From Acidimicrobiia bacterium (GTDB lineage: Bacteria; Actinomycetota; Acidimicrobiia; IMCC26256; JAOSJL01), in the NCBI GenBank assembly GCA_041394025.1, contig JAWKJA010000002.1, positions 1,454,541 to 1,518,540 on the forward strand: DNA of 64,000 nucleotides, given 5' to 3'. Both the position numbers and the translations under genes were made by a program. The notes below the pieces were generated by a model. It saw only the letters and a program-made list of their open reading frames with translations, was not told the DNA's origin and did no database searches. Of this stretch, positions 52,724-61,973 are shown piece by piece. Each line of letters opens with the position of its first letter. Positions within the stretch are counted from its first letter, which is position 1.

Positions 52724-53154
52724 TGCCCGACACGCCCCCGCCCGAGCGCGGAGTGGAGCGGACGCTCCCCGAGGCGGTCGGCCTCAACGCGGAATTCTAC
52801 GGGCACTGCGCCACCGGGCGGCTCCACATCCAGCGCTGCTCCGACTGTGCGGCATGGCGCCACCCGCCGCGCTACCGGTGCCCCGAATGCGGGTCTGACG
52901 CATGGACCTGGGAGCCGTCGTCGCAGCGGGGCCGCGTCTACACGTGGACCATCACACACCGGGCCGTCGACCCGTTCTTCGCCGACAGGATCCCCTACGC
53001 GGTCGTCGTAGTCGAGACCGAGGAGGGAGTCCGGCTCGTCGGAAACACGTCCGGCATCGGCAACGACGACCTCGCACTCGACCTGCCCGTTCGCATCCAT
53101 CTCGTACCGGTCGACGACAGGGTGGCCCTGCTCGAGTTCGGGCCTGGCTCGTGA
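52723..53154 (+). CDS. DUF35 OB-fold / zinc-ribbon protein
   Basis: TGATG junction with the thiolase gene. CSDC...CPEC rubredoxin-like ribbon followed by an OB fold (YAVVVVETEEGVRLVG). Confidence 0.8.
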   Translation: MPDTPPPERGVERTLPEAVGLNAEFYGHCATGRLHIQRCSDCAAWRHPPRYRCPECGSDAWTWEPSSQRGRVYTWTITHRAVDPFFADRIPYAVVVVETEEGVRLVGNTSGIGNDDLALDLPVRIHLVPVDDRVALLEFGPGS

Positions 53155-53933
53155 CCGGCGCCCTCCACCCGCCCGGTGATGAGCCCGTGGATCTCACCGT
53201 CGTCATGCCGGCCCACGACGAGGCCGACTACCTCGAGGACTCCGTGAACGAGATCGTCGAAGGGCTGCGGAAGCGACACCGGAGCTTCACCGTCCTCATC
53301 GTCGAGAACGGCTCGTCCGACGGGACCCCCGACATCGCGCGTGCCCTGGCGCAGAGCGTCCCGGAGGTGGGCACCACGTCGCTGCCGGCCGCCGACTACG
53401 GGGCCGCCCTGCGCCACGGCCTGCTCGAGGCCAAGAGCCCTCTCGTCGTCACGTTCGACGTCGACTACTTCTCCCTCACCTTCCTCGACGATGCCCTGAC
53501 GCGCCTCGACACCGAGCCGGATCTGGCGGTCGTGGTCGCATCGAAGCGATCGCCCGACGCCGACGACCGCCGGCCGTGGACGCGTCGGGCCGTCACGGCG
53601 GGCTTCTCTGCGATCCTCCGCGTCGGCTTCGGGCTCGAGACGACCGACACCCACGGCATGAAGGCGCTGCGCCGACAGGCCGTGGAGCCACTCGCCCGTG
53701 CCTGCGCTTCAGGGGCCGACCTGTTCGACACCGAGCTCGTGATCCGCACCGAGCGCTCGGGCCTGGGGGTGTCGGCACTCGGGGTCACCGTCGAGGAACG
53801 TCGGCCTTCACGGACGCCTGTGCTCACGCGTGTCCCGCGGACGCTCGTGGGCCTCGCCCGGCTCCGCCACCGGCTCGGTGGACCTCGCCACGCGGGCGGA
53901 ACCGGCACCGGCGGGTACCGCGGGCGCCCTTGA
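53151..53933 (+). CDS. glycosyltransferase family 2
   Basis: GTGA overlap with DUF35. TVVMPAHDE, VENGSSDGT, FDVDY (DxD). Confidence 0.75.
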   Translation: MTGALHPPGDEPVDLTVVMPAHDEADYLEDSVNEIVEGLRKRHRSFTVLIVENGSSDGTPDIARALAQSVPEVGTTSLPAADYGAALRHGLLEAKSPLVVTFDVDYFSLTFLDDALTRLDTEPDLAVVVASKRSPDADDRRPWTRRAVTAGFSAILRVGFGLETTDTHGMKALRRQAVEPLARACASGADLFDTELVIRTERSGLGVSALGVTVEERRPSRTPVLTRVPRTLVGLARLRHRLGGPRHAGGTGTGGYRGRP

Positions 53934-53951
53934 CAGACACGTCCCACGCGG

Positions 53952-54146
53952 GTGACATGGTCACGTACCAGGAACCGGACACCGGGAGCGGAGCCCGTGC
54001 TCGTATTGCTCGCCCTGGCCTTCGCGGCGTTGGCCGTCGTGGGCTGCTGGCAATTCGTCGGATACATCGCAGACCGTCGACGGGCGCGCCGCCGTCGACG
54101 CGAGATCGAGACCCTCGAGAGCCTCTACGACAGCTCCGACGACTGA
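53952..54146 (+). CDS. possible small single-TM protein
   Basis: TM LVLLALAFAALAVVGCWQFVGYI, then a basic stretch and an acidic tail. A more likely start is the GTG at 53997 after GGGAGCGGAG. Confidence 0.3.
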   Translation: MTWSRTRNRTPGAEPVLVLLALAFAALAVVGCWQFVGYIADRRRARRRRREIETLESLYDSSDD

Positions 54147-54188
54147 CGCCCCGCAGCGAACCGACCGTCGACGAGCGCCTCCCTCCCC

Positions 54189-54899
54189 ATGACCGACCCG
54201 ACACGCCCTGACCGTCCCGCGGACCAGACCGCGCCACCACCGGGTCCGTACTCGGACCCGCCGCCGACCGAGCCGGCCGGTTCGACCCCGCCGCCCACGA
54301 CGCCGATGCCGCCGGCCGGAGGCGGTGACATCCCACCACCTCCCGGTGGACCGGGCGCGGTGGCTCCCGACGGCGACGACGACGGTGACGGCGGCGGGCT
54401 CCCCCCGTGGGCCCCGTGGGTGCTGGGCGCCGTCGGTGTGGTCATGGCCGTCACGATCGCCGTGCTGCTGACGCTTCTTCTCACGAAGGACGACGGCGGT
54501 GAGGTCGCCGACGACACCACGACGACCGAGGAGGAGACCACCACGACGTCGTCGCCCAGCACCACCACGAGCACGACCGAGCCGGCCCCCGAGCCGACCG
54601 ACCCACCCGTCGGTCCCGACATCCCGGAGCCGGGCGACGGGACCGCCGAGGGGGCCATCGCCACGTGGGCCATCGACCAGGACTTCATCTACGTCGGTGA
54701 CTGCGCTGCGGCATCGCCGTCGGAGGACGTGATCCTCTGCTCGACGTTCTGGGAGGAGGGTGGCGACAGCGTGGTCTACGGCCTCGGCCCGCCGGCCTCG
54801 GAGATCGCCATCTGGGTCCTGCTCGCCCCGGGGCCCACAGGCGGTCTCGAGGTCATCGACAGCGCGGACGCCTTCGAGTTCCCGACGCCGCCGTTCTAG
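54189..54899 (+). CDS. Pro/Thr-rich membrane-anchored protein
   Basis: Pro-rich N-terminus, one TM (WVLGAVGVVMAVTIAVLLTLLL), a Thr/Glu-rich linker, and a globular C-domain of about 90 aa. Confidence 0.55.
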   Translation: MTDPTRPDRPADQTAPPPGPYSDPPPTEPAGSTPPPTTPMPPAGGGDIPPPPGGPGAVAPDGDDDGDGGGLPPWAPWVLGAVGVVMAVTIAVLLTLLLTKDDGGEVADDTTTTEEETTTTSSPSTTTSTTEPAPEPTDPPVGPDIPEPGDGTAEGAIATWAIDQDFIYVGDCAAASPSEDVILCSTFWEEGGDSVVYGLGPPASEIAIWVLLAPGPTGGLEVIDSADAFEFPTPPF

Positions 54900-54934
54900 G
54901 GACACCCGGCCCGGACCCGGCCGAGACACGACGC

Positions 54935-55996
54935 TCAGCGCATCAGGTGGCGACCGGGGATAAGCGGGAGGTCGAGGGACGAGAGCAGCCCCGGGTCGGC
55001 CTCGACCACGGCGGGGATGGCGTTGAGCACCCGCATGGCGGTTGCGAGAACCCCGCCCGTGTTGTGGTCGCCGTCCTCGCCCTCGAGCGTGAGCTCGCAC
55101 CGGAGCGACGGCGACCCGTCGACGGTGATCACGTAGCCGCCGCCACGAGGTGGCTGCGGCCAGTCGGGAGCCTGGTCGTCACGGAGCCGTGTCCAGTGCT
55201 CCACGATGATGGCGTCGCGGCCGTCGACCACCCCGATGACCTGGAAGTGCAACGCGGCGGTCGTGCCCTCCTCCACCACACCTGACGCGATGGTGAAGGT
55301 CTCCGTGGCGGGGAGACGCTCGTGGACCTCACGGATCTCGTCGAGATCGACGTCGAGGGCGGCGGCGATCATGTGCACGACGCCACCCCACCCGAGAGTG
55401 AGCGAGCCGGGGAGGAGCAGCAGCGGCTCGGCGTCGAGCGGCTTCCCGAAACCCATGGTCTCGAAGAGGACCTCACCCTGGTCGTAGGTGTCGTAGTTGA
55501 GGATCTCCTGTACCCGCACCGCGTCGACGCGCTCGGTGAAGCCCGTGAGGAGAATGGGCAGGAGCTCGTTGGCGAAGCCCGGGTCGATGCCGTTGGTGAA
55601 CGCAGAGGTCCCACCCTTCTGGCATGCATCCTCCAGGAGCGCGCGCAGCCGCGGATCGTAGGACGGTGGGTAGACGAGCGAGACGACCGACGTGGACACG
55701 ACGTTCTTGCCGGACTCGAGGGCTCTGCACATGTCGGCGACCGCGTCGTCGGGGCGGAGGTCGCCGGTGGCCATGTAGCTCACGACGTCGGCGTCGAGGG
55801 CCAACGCCGTATCGACGTCGTCGGTGGCGACCACGCCGGTGGCCGGGAGCCCGCAGAGGTCGCCGGCGTCGCGCCCGACCTTGTCGGCGCTGTGGACGAT
55901 GACACCCACGAGCTCGAGATCGGGGTGCCGGATGATGGCCGGCAGGGCGGCTGCACCCACGTTCCCGGTTGCCCACTGGATGACCCTGTGCTTCAT
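54935..55996 (-). CDS. NAD(P)-binding dehydrogenase, DapB-N-terminal-like (amine dehydrogenase-like family)
   Basis: ATG at 55994-55996 (MKHRVIQWATGNVG). The remainder of the 824-aa track ORF is antisense to the CoA-transferase gene. Confidence 0.7.
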   Translation of the reverse strand: MKHRVIQWATGNVGAAALPAIIRHPDLELVGVIVHSADKVGRDAGDLCGLPATGVVATDDVDTALALDADVVSYMATGDLRPDDAVADMCRALESGKNVVSTSVVSLVYPPSYDPRLRALLEDACQKGGTSAFTNGIDPGFANELLPILLTGFTERVDAVRVQEILNYDTYDQGEVLFETMGFGKPLDAEPLLLLPGSLTLGWGGVVHMIAAALDVDLDEIREVHERLPATETFTIASGVVEEGTTAALHFQVIGVVDGRDAIIVEHWTRLRDDQAPDWPQPPRGGGYVITVDGSPSLRCELTLEGEDGDHNTGGVLATAMRVLNAIPAVVEADPGLLSSLDLPLIPGRHLMR

Positions 55997-56086
55997 GGCG
56001 AGACAGCCTAGGTTCTCCCCCTCCGAGGTGCACCGGCCCTGCGCCGCGGGCCAGCCTGTGACGATCCACGAACCCCCGAGGTCCAC

Positions 56087-57328
56087 ATGCCTGCCACAAC
56101 CCGCCTGCTCGACGGCGTCCGCGTGATCGAGAGCTCGCTTCTCGGCCCCGGCGCCATCACGACACATCTCGCCGACATGGGGGCCGACATCATCAAGGTC
56201 GAGCCGCCGGCGGGCGACTACATCCGTCAGATGACATGGCCCATCGTGCAGGGGAACTCGCTGCTCCACCTCCACGTGAGCCGCGGGAAGAAGAGCCTCG
56301 TGCTCGACCTCAAGAGACCCGAGGCCGTGGAGGTCTACCTCGACCTCGTGCGCGGGGCCGACGCCGTCGTGGAGGCGATGCGCCCCGGCGCGCTGGAACG
56401 TCGTGGGCTGGGCTACGAGCAGCTGAAGGCTGTGAACCAGGCCATTGTGTTCTGCACCGTGTCGGGCTACGGCGCCACCGGCCCCTACCGCGACCTGCCG
56501 AGCCACGGCATCGCCTACGACACCTGGGCGGGCCTCGTGAACCCCGAGACCGACGAGGAGGGGTTCACGGTCATCCCGGAGCACCCGTCGATGGGGATGC
56601 ACGCCGGCCCCCTCTTCGGGGCGCTCGGCATCCTCGCCGGCATCGTGCACGCCCGCGCGACGGGGGACGGGACCCAGATGGAGGTGGCGCAGTCGGACGC
56701 GGCCGCCTACATGGACTGGTACCGCTCCGAGACCTGGCGTGCCTACGAGCGGCCCGAGTCGGAGGTCACGGGGAACGCCGCCGACAACTACGAACGTCGC
56801 GCGCCCGGAACCGCCGGGATGCGCTCCGGTGTGCGCTACCAGATCTACGACTCGTCCGACGGCTACGTGCTCTTCATGGCGTCGGAGCAGGCCTTCTGGA
56901 AGAACTTCTGCGAGGGTGTGGGACGCGAGGAGCTCTTCGAGAGGTACCCGGGGTCCAAGTACGCCGACCACGCCCCGGGGAACCGCGAGCTGCAGGCGCA
57001 GCTGAAGGAGATCTTCGCCGAACGGTCGAGTCGCGGCTGGATCGACTTCGGTCTCGAGCACAACGTGCCGATCGCGCCGGTCAACACGCCGCAGACGATC
57101 GCCGACGACCCCCAGTTCCAGGACCGCTTCCCGTGGATCCCGCGGGAGCGCCTCGACGCCGAGCAGCTGCCGTTCCCGGTGAAGATCGTCGACGGTGAAC
57201 ACCCGGTGCCGACGCGCGCGCCTGATGTGGGCGAGCACACCGAGGCGGTGCTCACCGAGGTCCTCGGCTACGACAGCGACCGGATCGACAACCTGCGCTC
57301 TACCGGCGCGCTGGGCCCAACGGAGTAG
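56087..57328 (+). CDS. CoA transferase family III (CaiB/BaiF)
   Basis: LDGVRVIE, GADIIKVEPP, the following catalytic-Asp region, and SGYG. Confidence 0.85.
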   Translation: MPATTRLLDGVRVIESSLLGPGAITTHLADMGADIIKVEPPAGDYIRQMTWPIVQGNSLLHLHVSRGKKSLVLDLKRPEAVEVYLDLVRGADAVVEAMRPGALERRGLGYEQLKAVNQAIVFCTVSGYGATGPYRDLPSHGIAYDTWAGLVNPETDEEGFTVIPEHPSMGMHAGPLFGALGILAGIVHARATGDGTQMEVAQSDAAAYMDWYRSETWRAYERPESEVTGNAADNYERRAPGTAGMRSGVRYQIYDSSDGYVLFMASEQAFWKNFCEGVGREELFERYPGSKYADHAPGNRELQAQLKEIFAERSSRGWIDFGLEHNVPIAPVNTPQTIADDPQFQDRFPWIPRERLDAEQLPFPVKIVDGEHPVPTRAPDVGEHTEAVLTEVLGYDSDRIDNLRSTGALGPTE

Positions 57329-57342
57329 GGCCCAGCGCGTTT

Positions 57343-57400
57343 CCCGAGTCGTCGCTCGGGCGGCGCAGGATACCTGCGCCGCTGATCCTCGACTCCGACG
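57343..57400. repeat. GC-rich nested-palindrome repeat, copy D (inner hairpin 57360-57382)
   Basis: cccgagtcgtcgctcgggcggcgcaggatacctgcgccgctgatcctcgactccgacg. Lies between the convergent stops of the CoA-transferase and DMT genes. Confidence 0.85.
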
Positions 57401-57442
57401 ACAGCCCACGACACGAACGATTCGGGACGCAGGCTCCCCGCC

Positions 57443-58285
57443 TCACCCGACGGCGATGAGGACGAGGCCTGTGAGAGCGATGGCGAGGCCCGCGACCTGA
57501 CTGCGCCCCATGCGCTCGCTGAGCACGACGCGCGCCAGGAGCACGGTGACGGCAGGATACAGACCCGACACGGGAGCCACGAGGCTGATCAGGCCTCGGC
57601 GGAACGCCAGGAGCTGAAAGGCGTTGGCACTGAGCTCGAGGAGAGCGCCGCCGATCGACAACGGGTAGTCCCGGCTCGTAAGGCGCTTCGGGAGGCGGGC
57701 GACGACGACGATCACGAGGAGAATCGGGAGACTGAAGCACCGCGAGAGGAACACCGGCCAGAAGCCCGCGTGGTCACCCGTCTCGGAGAAGAAGATGAAG
57801 GCCACCCCGAATCCGATTCCGGCACCCGCGGCGACGAGCAGCTCCCGGACCCGCGACCCTCCCTCGAACGGCTGGGCCTCGGGCCCGCGCGCAACGAGCA
57901 CGATGGCCACGAGGGCTGCCACGATGCCCACCACGGCGACCACCGACGGCCTCTCACCCGTCAGGATCCCCCACAGAACCGGAATCACGGAGCTGCCCAC
58001 GGCACTGATCGGGGCCACGACGCTCATCCGCCCGATCGACAGACCGGTGAAGAGCAGCCCGAGCCCGGCGGTCCCGATGATCCCGACACCTGCCGACAGG
58101 AGCACGACCCTCGTCCCCGGGAACGGCTCGGGGAACAGCACGAGCAGGAGGGGCGACACCAGGAACCCCGTGGCGAGCGTCGTGACGAGCACAGCCGTGA
58201 CCGCGTTGCGACGCGTGACGAAGCCACCGAGGAAGTCCGAGCTACCGAAGGCGCCGGCGGTGAGGAGTCCGAGCAGGAAGGCCAA
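57443..58285 (-). CDS. DMT superfamily (EamA-like) transporter
   Basis: 280 aa with about 10 TMs arranged as two EamA-like halves. Confidence 0.8.
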   Translation of the reverse strand: MAFLLGLLTAGAFGSSDFLGGFVTRRNAVTAVLVTTLATGFLVSPLLLVLFPEPFPGTRVVLLSAGVGIIGTAGLGLLFTGLSIGRMSVVAPISAVGSSVIPVLWGILTGERPSVVAVVGIVAALVAIVLVARGPEAQPFEGGSRVRELLVAAGAGIGFGVAFIFFSETGDHAGFWPVFLSRCFSLPILLVIVVVARLPKRLTSRDYPLSIGGALLELSANAFQLLAFRRGLISLVAPVSGLYPAVTVLLARVVLSERMGRSQVAGLAIALTGLVLIAVG

Positions 58286-58426
58286 GCCGCACAGGCTATG
58301 ACCGCCGGGGTCGTCGCCCCTTCTCTTCGTCGCGAGAACTGCGCCCGTCTTTCGGCGTCAGCCGGTCCGGTGCACTCCTGTCGGTGACGGATCGATAGAT
58401 TCCTGGCTCATGTCCAGGAGGCCACG

Positions 58427-59215
58427 ATGATTCTCGACCGCTTCGACCTCAACGGAAAGGTGGCTGTTGTCACCGGAGCCGGGCGCGGAATCGGTGAGCG
58501 CTCGGCAACCGCGCTCGCCGAGATCGGCGCCGACGTGGTGTGCGCGGCACGCTCGCAGGATCAAATCGACGACACGGTGGCCCAGATCGTCGACCGGGGG
58601 CGGCGGGGTCTGGCCGTTCCGACCGACGTGAACCAACGCGCCGACCTGGAAGGCCTCATCGACGCCACGATGGAGGAGTTCGGCCGCATCGACGTTCTCG
58701 TGAACAACGCGGGTGGATGGCCGCCCCAGGAGTTCCTGAACACGAGCGACTCCGACTTCGAAGAGGCGTTCCACTTCAACGTCACGACGGCGTTCCTGCT
58801 CACACGTCTCGCCGCGCCGAAGATGGCGGAGTCCGACGGAGGCGCCGTCGTGAACATCTCGTCGCGCACGGCAAGCATCATCCTGCGGGGCTTCGTCGCC
58901 TACGGCACCGCCAAGGCCGCGCTGTCCTTCATGACGAGAAGCCTCGGTGCCGAGCTGGCCCCGAAGGTACGGGTCAACGCGATCGAGGTGGGGGCGGTGG
59001 CCACTTCCGCTCTCGAATACGTCAAGACCGACGAAGCCATCGAACGGCAGCTCGTCGACACAACGCCGATGGGGCGCATCGGTGAGGTCGACGACGTCGC
59101 CGCCATGCTCGTCTACCTGGCGAGCCCCGCTTCGCAGTGGGTCACCGGGAAGATCATGCAGGTCGACGGAGGCGTCGAGACACAGCAGTTCGAGTTTCCT
59201 CCGGCCGACCTCTGA
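58427..59215 (+). CDS. SDR family oxidoreductase (FabG-like)
   Basis: VTGAGRGIG, NNAG, YGTAKAA. Confidence 0.9.
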   Translation: MILDRFDLNGKVAVVTGAGRGIGERSATALAEIGADVVCAARSQDQIDDTVAQIVDRGRRGLAVPTDVNQRADLEGLIDATMEEFGRIDVLVNNAGGWPPQEFLNTSDSDFEEAFHFNVTTAFLLTRLAAPKMAESDGGAVVNISSRTASIILRGFVAYGTAKAALSFMTRSLGAELAPKVRVNAIEVGAVATSALEYVKTDEAIERQLVDTTPMGRIGEVDDVAAMLVYLASPASQWVTGKIMQVDGGVETQQFEFPPADL

Positions 59216-59296
59216 GCCGACCCGCCCGGGCCCGGAGGCGGCGGGTGCCCGTCCCGGGGCACAATGACGTCACATTGACCGCCGCCCGGAGCAAAC

Positions 59297-60388
59297 GTGC
59301 CTGAGTCACTCCCCACCGCGAGTCCCCGGGGCCGCAGCGCCGACGACGTCGAACCACGTCTCTCGGCGTGGCTCGCCGAGCGCGAATCGACGAGCCCACC
59401 CACCGTCACGGTCGAGCCGATGTCGGGCTCCAGCGGGATGTCGAGCGAAACCGTCCTGTTCGAGGCGGCATGGGCAGACGGGCGACCGCCGGAACGACTC
59501 GTCGCGCGCATGGAGCCCGACGACCCCGTTCCCGTCTTCCCCCACTACGACATGGAGCTCCAGTTCCGCTGCCTCGAGACCGTGCAGGAGCACACGTCGG
59601 TTCCCGTCCCACGGCCCCGCTGGTTCGAGCCGGACGGCGCCGTGCTCGGCGCTCCCTTCTTCGTGATGGACCGCGTCGACGGGCAGGTTCCTCCCGACCT
59701 GCCCCCCTACACGTTCGAGGGCTGGGTGTACGACGCCGACACGGAGGACCAGGAGCGGCTCTGGCTGTCGTCCATCGACGTGCTCGCCGGAGTCCACACC
59801 CTCAATCCCCGGGACCACGACCTGACGTTTCTCGACCGCGGTGGGGACGGCGACGACGACCTCGGCCGCTACCTGAACCGCGAGCGCGACTTCCTGGCGT
59901 GGGCATGTGACGTCGGGAGGTATCCGACCATCACCGCCGCGCTCGACTGGCTCGTGGAGAACAGGCCACCGGATCCCGGCCCGTCGGTCATGAACTGGGG
60001 CGATGCACGACTCGGCAACATCATGTTCCGCGACTTCACCCCGGTGGCCGTCTTCGACTGGGAGATGGCCGCCCTGGGCCCCCGCGAGACCGATGTGGGG
60101 TGGTCACTGTTCCTGCACCGCTTCTTCGTGGAGGTGGCCGACCAGCTCGGCATCGAGCCGGGGGTCCACGTCCCCGACCGCGACGCCACGATCGACCACT
60201 ACGAACACGTAGCGGGTGCGCGTCTGTACGATCTCGAGTGGTACGAGGCGTTCGCCGGATACCGGTTCTCGGCCATCATCACCCGAACCGACGCCCGAAC
60301 GGTCGCCTCGGGCCAGACCGAGCCGCCCGACAACCCCGAGGACACGATCCACCCGCTGCCGCTCCTCCGGAAGATCACCGGGCTCTGA
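59297..60388 (+). CDS. phosphotransferase enzyme family protein (APH-like kinase fold)
   Basis: GTG start. FFVMDRVDG, NWGDARLGNIMF, DWEMA. Confidence 0.8.
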   Translation: MPESLPTASPRGRSADDVEPRLSAWLAERESTSPPTVTVEPMSGSSGMSSETVLFEAAWADGRPPERLVARMEPDDPVPVFPHYDMELQFRCLETVQEHTSVPVPRPRWFEPDGAVLGAPFFVMDRVDGQVPPDLPPYTFEGWVYDADTEDQERLWLSSIDVLAGVHTLNPRDHDLTFLDRGGDGDDDLGRYLNRERDFLAWACDVGRYPTITAALDWLVENRPPDPGPSVMNWGDARLGNIMFRDFTPVAVFDWEMAALGPRETDVGWSLFLHRFFVEVADQLGIEPGVHVPDRDATIDHYEHVAGARLYDLEWYEAFAGYRFSAIITRTDARTVASGQTEPPDNPEDTIHPLPLLRKITGL

Positions 60389-60397
60389 GAGGACTCC

Positions 60398-61618
60398 GTG
60401 ACGGCACCCGCGCGCACACCCCTCGTCTACGACCCGTTCGACTACGGGATCGACGCGGACCCGCACCCGGTGTGGAGGCGAATGCGCGACGAGGCTCCGC
60501 TGTACAGGAACGACGAGCACGACTTCTGGGCGCTCAGCCGCTTCGCCGACGTCCTCGAGGCCTCGCTCGACTGGCGCACGTACTCGTCGGCGCACGGCAC
60601 GGTGCTCGATCTCATGACCGAGGAGGAGCAGACCGACGCCTCCATGATCTTCACGGACCCACCCGAGCACGACGAGCTCCGGCACCTCGTGTCGGGAGCG
60701 TTCACACCGAAACGAATCAGCGCGCTGGAGGGGCGTGCCCGTACCATCGCGTCGGGCCTCCTCGACAGCGTCGTCGAGGGGTCCGCGGGCCGTTCGGCCA
60801 CGACCTTCGACTTCGTCCAGGACTTCGGGGCCCGTCTGCCGACCGCGGTGATCTCCTCTCTGCTCGGCGTTCCCGAGAACGACCAGGACCGGCTGCGCCA
60901 CCTGACCGACACGATGCTCTACCGCGGACCCGACGGCGAGGTTCCCGGTGAGTCCACGCTGGACGCCATGGCGGAACTCGGCGCCTACATCCTCGACCTG
61001 ATCGACGAGCGGAGAGAGAGTCCCGGCGACGATCTCGTGTCCGTTCTCCTCGCCGCCGAGCTGAAGCATCCCGACGGCACCGGGCGCCGGCTCACGCGCC
61101 GCGAGATCCACGACTTCACCGTGCTCCTGTTTGCCGCCGGCAACGAGACCGTCGCACGCCTCCTCGGCAACGCCGCCGTGATCCTGGCCGAGTACGCCGA
61201 CCAGCGGGCACGGCTCGCCGCCGACCCGACGGGGATCCCCAACGCCGTCGAGGAGCTGCTGCGCTTCGAGGCCCCGTCACCCGTTCAGGGTCGCTGGACG
61301 ACCCGCGACGTGGAGCTGCACGGCGCGACCGTTCCCGCCGGCTCCCGGATGCTCCTGCTCACGGGGAGCGCCGGCCGCGACGAGCGCGAGTACGACGACC
61401 CCGACACGTTCGACATCTCGCGTGTGTTCTCGCGCCACGTCACGTTCGGCTACGGGATCCACTTCTGCCTGGGAGCGTCGCTCGCCCGGCTCGAGGCGCG
61501 CGTGGCCCTCGAGGAGGTGCTGTCACGATTCCCCGAGTGGCAGATCGACACGCCCGGCCTCGAGCGCGTCCACACCAGTAACGTGCGGGGATTCCACCGG
61601 GTGCCCGTCTCCGTCTGA
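60398..61618 (+). CDS. cytochrome P450
   Basis: I-helix AGNETV, EXXR (ELLRFE), heme loop FGYGIHFCLG. Confidence 0.9.
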   Translation: MTAPARTPLVYDPFDYGIDADPHPVWRRMRDEAPLYRNDEHDFWALSRFADVLEASLDWRTYSSAHGTVLDLMTEEEQTDASMIFTDPPEHDELRHLVSGAFTPKRISALEGRARTIASGLLDSVVEGSAGRSATTFDFVQDFGARLPTAVISSLLGVPENDQDRLRHLTDTMLYRGPDGEVPGESTLDAMAELGAYILDLIDERRESPGDDLVSVLLAAELKHPDGTGRRLTRREIHDFTVLLFAAGNETVARLLGNAAVILAEYADQRARLAADPTGIPNAVEELLRFEAPSPVQGRWTTRDVELHGATVPAGSRMLLLTGSAGRDEREYDDPDTFDISRVFSRHVTFGYGIHFCLGASLARLEARVALEEVLSRFPEWQIDTPGLERVHTSNVRGFHRVPVSV

Positions 61619-61659
61619 GCGACGCCCGGGAGAGGCCGACCGACCGGAAGGAACGAGCC

Positions 61660-61938
61660 GTGTGCCTTGTCGTCCTGGTGGGTGCCTTCGCACCCCGATT
61701 CGCGATCTTCCTCGTCTGGCTGTTCAGCAATCGCATGGCGCTGGCGTTCGACAGCTTCTGGATCGCCCTGGCCGGGTTCGTCTTCCTGCCGTTCACCACG
61801 CTGCTCTACGCCATCGCCTACCAGCCCATCGTCGGTGTGAGCGGCTTCGGCTGGTTCCTCGTGGGCATGGGCTTCGTGCTCGACATCGCCAACTGGTTGG
61901 GTGGCGCTCGCCAGAGAGACCAGCGCCGCTACGACTGA
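61660..61938 (+). CDS. small 3-TM membrane protein
   Basis: GTG start. Hydrophobic 92-aa product with a basic tail. Confidence 0.5.
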   Translation: MCLVVLVGAFAPRFAIFLVWLFSNRMALAFDSFWIALAGFVFLPFTTLLYAIAYQPIVGVSGFGWFLVGMGFVLDIANWLGGARQRDQRRYD

Positions 61939-61973
61939 CAGCAGGCCTCGCGTCGGCTGCCGGCCCGGAGTCG

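Noticed and set aside
55997-57409. N-terminal 470 codons of the 824-aa minus-strand ORF
   Set aside because: This part is antisense to the CoA-transferase gene. Only the part downstream of MKHRVIQWATGNVG (54935-55996) looks like a real NAD(P)-binding protein.
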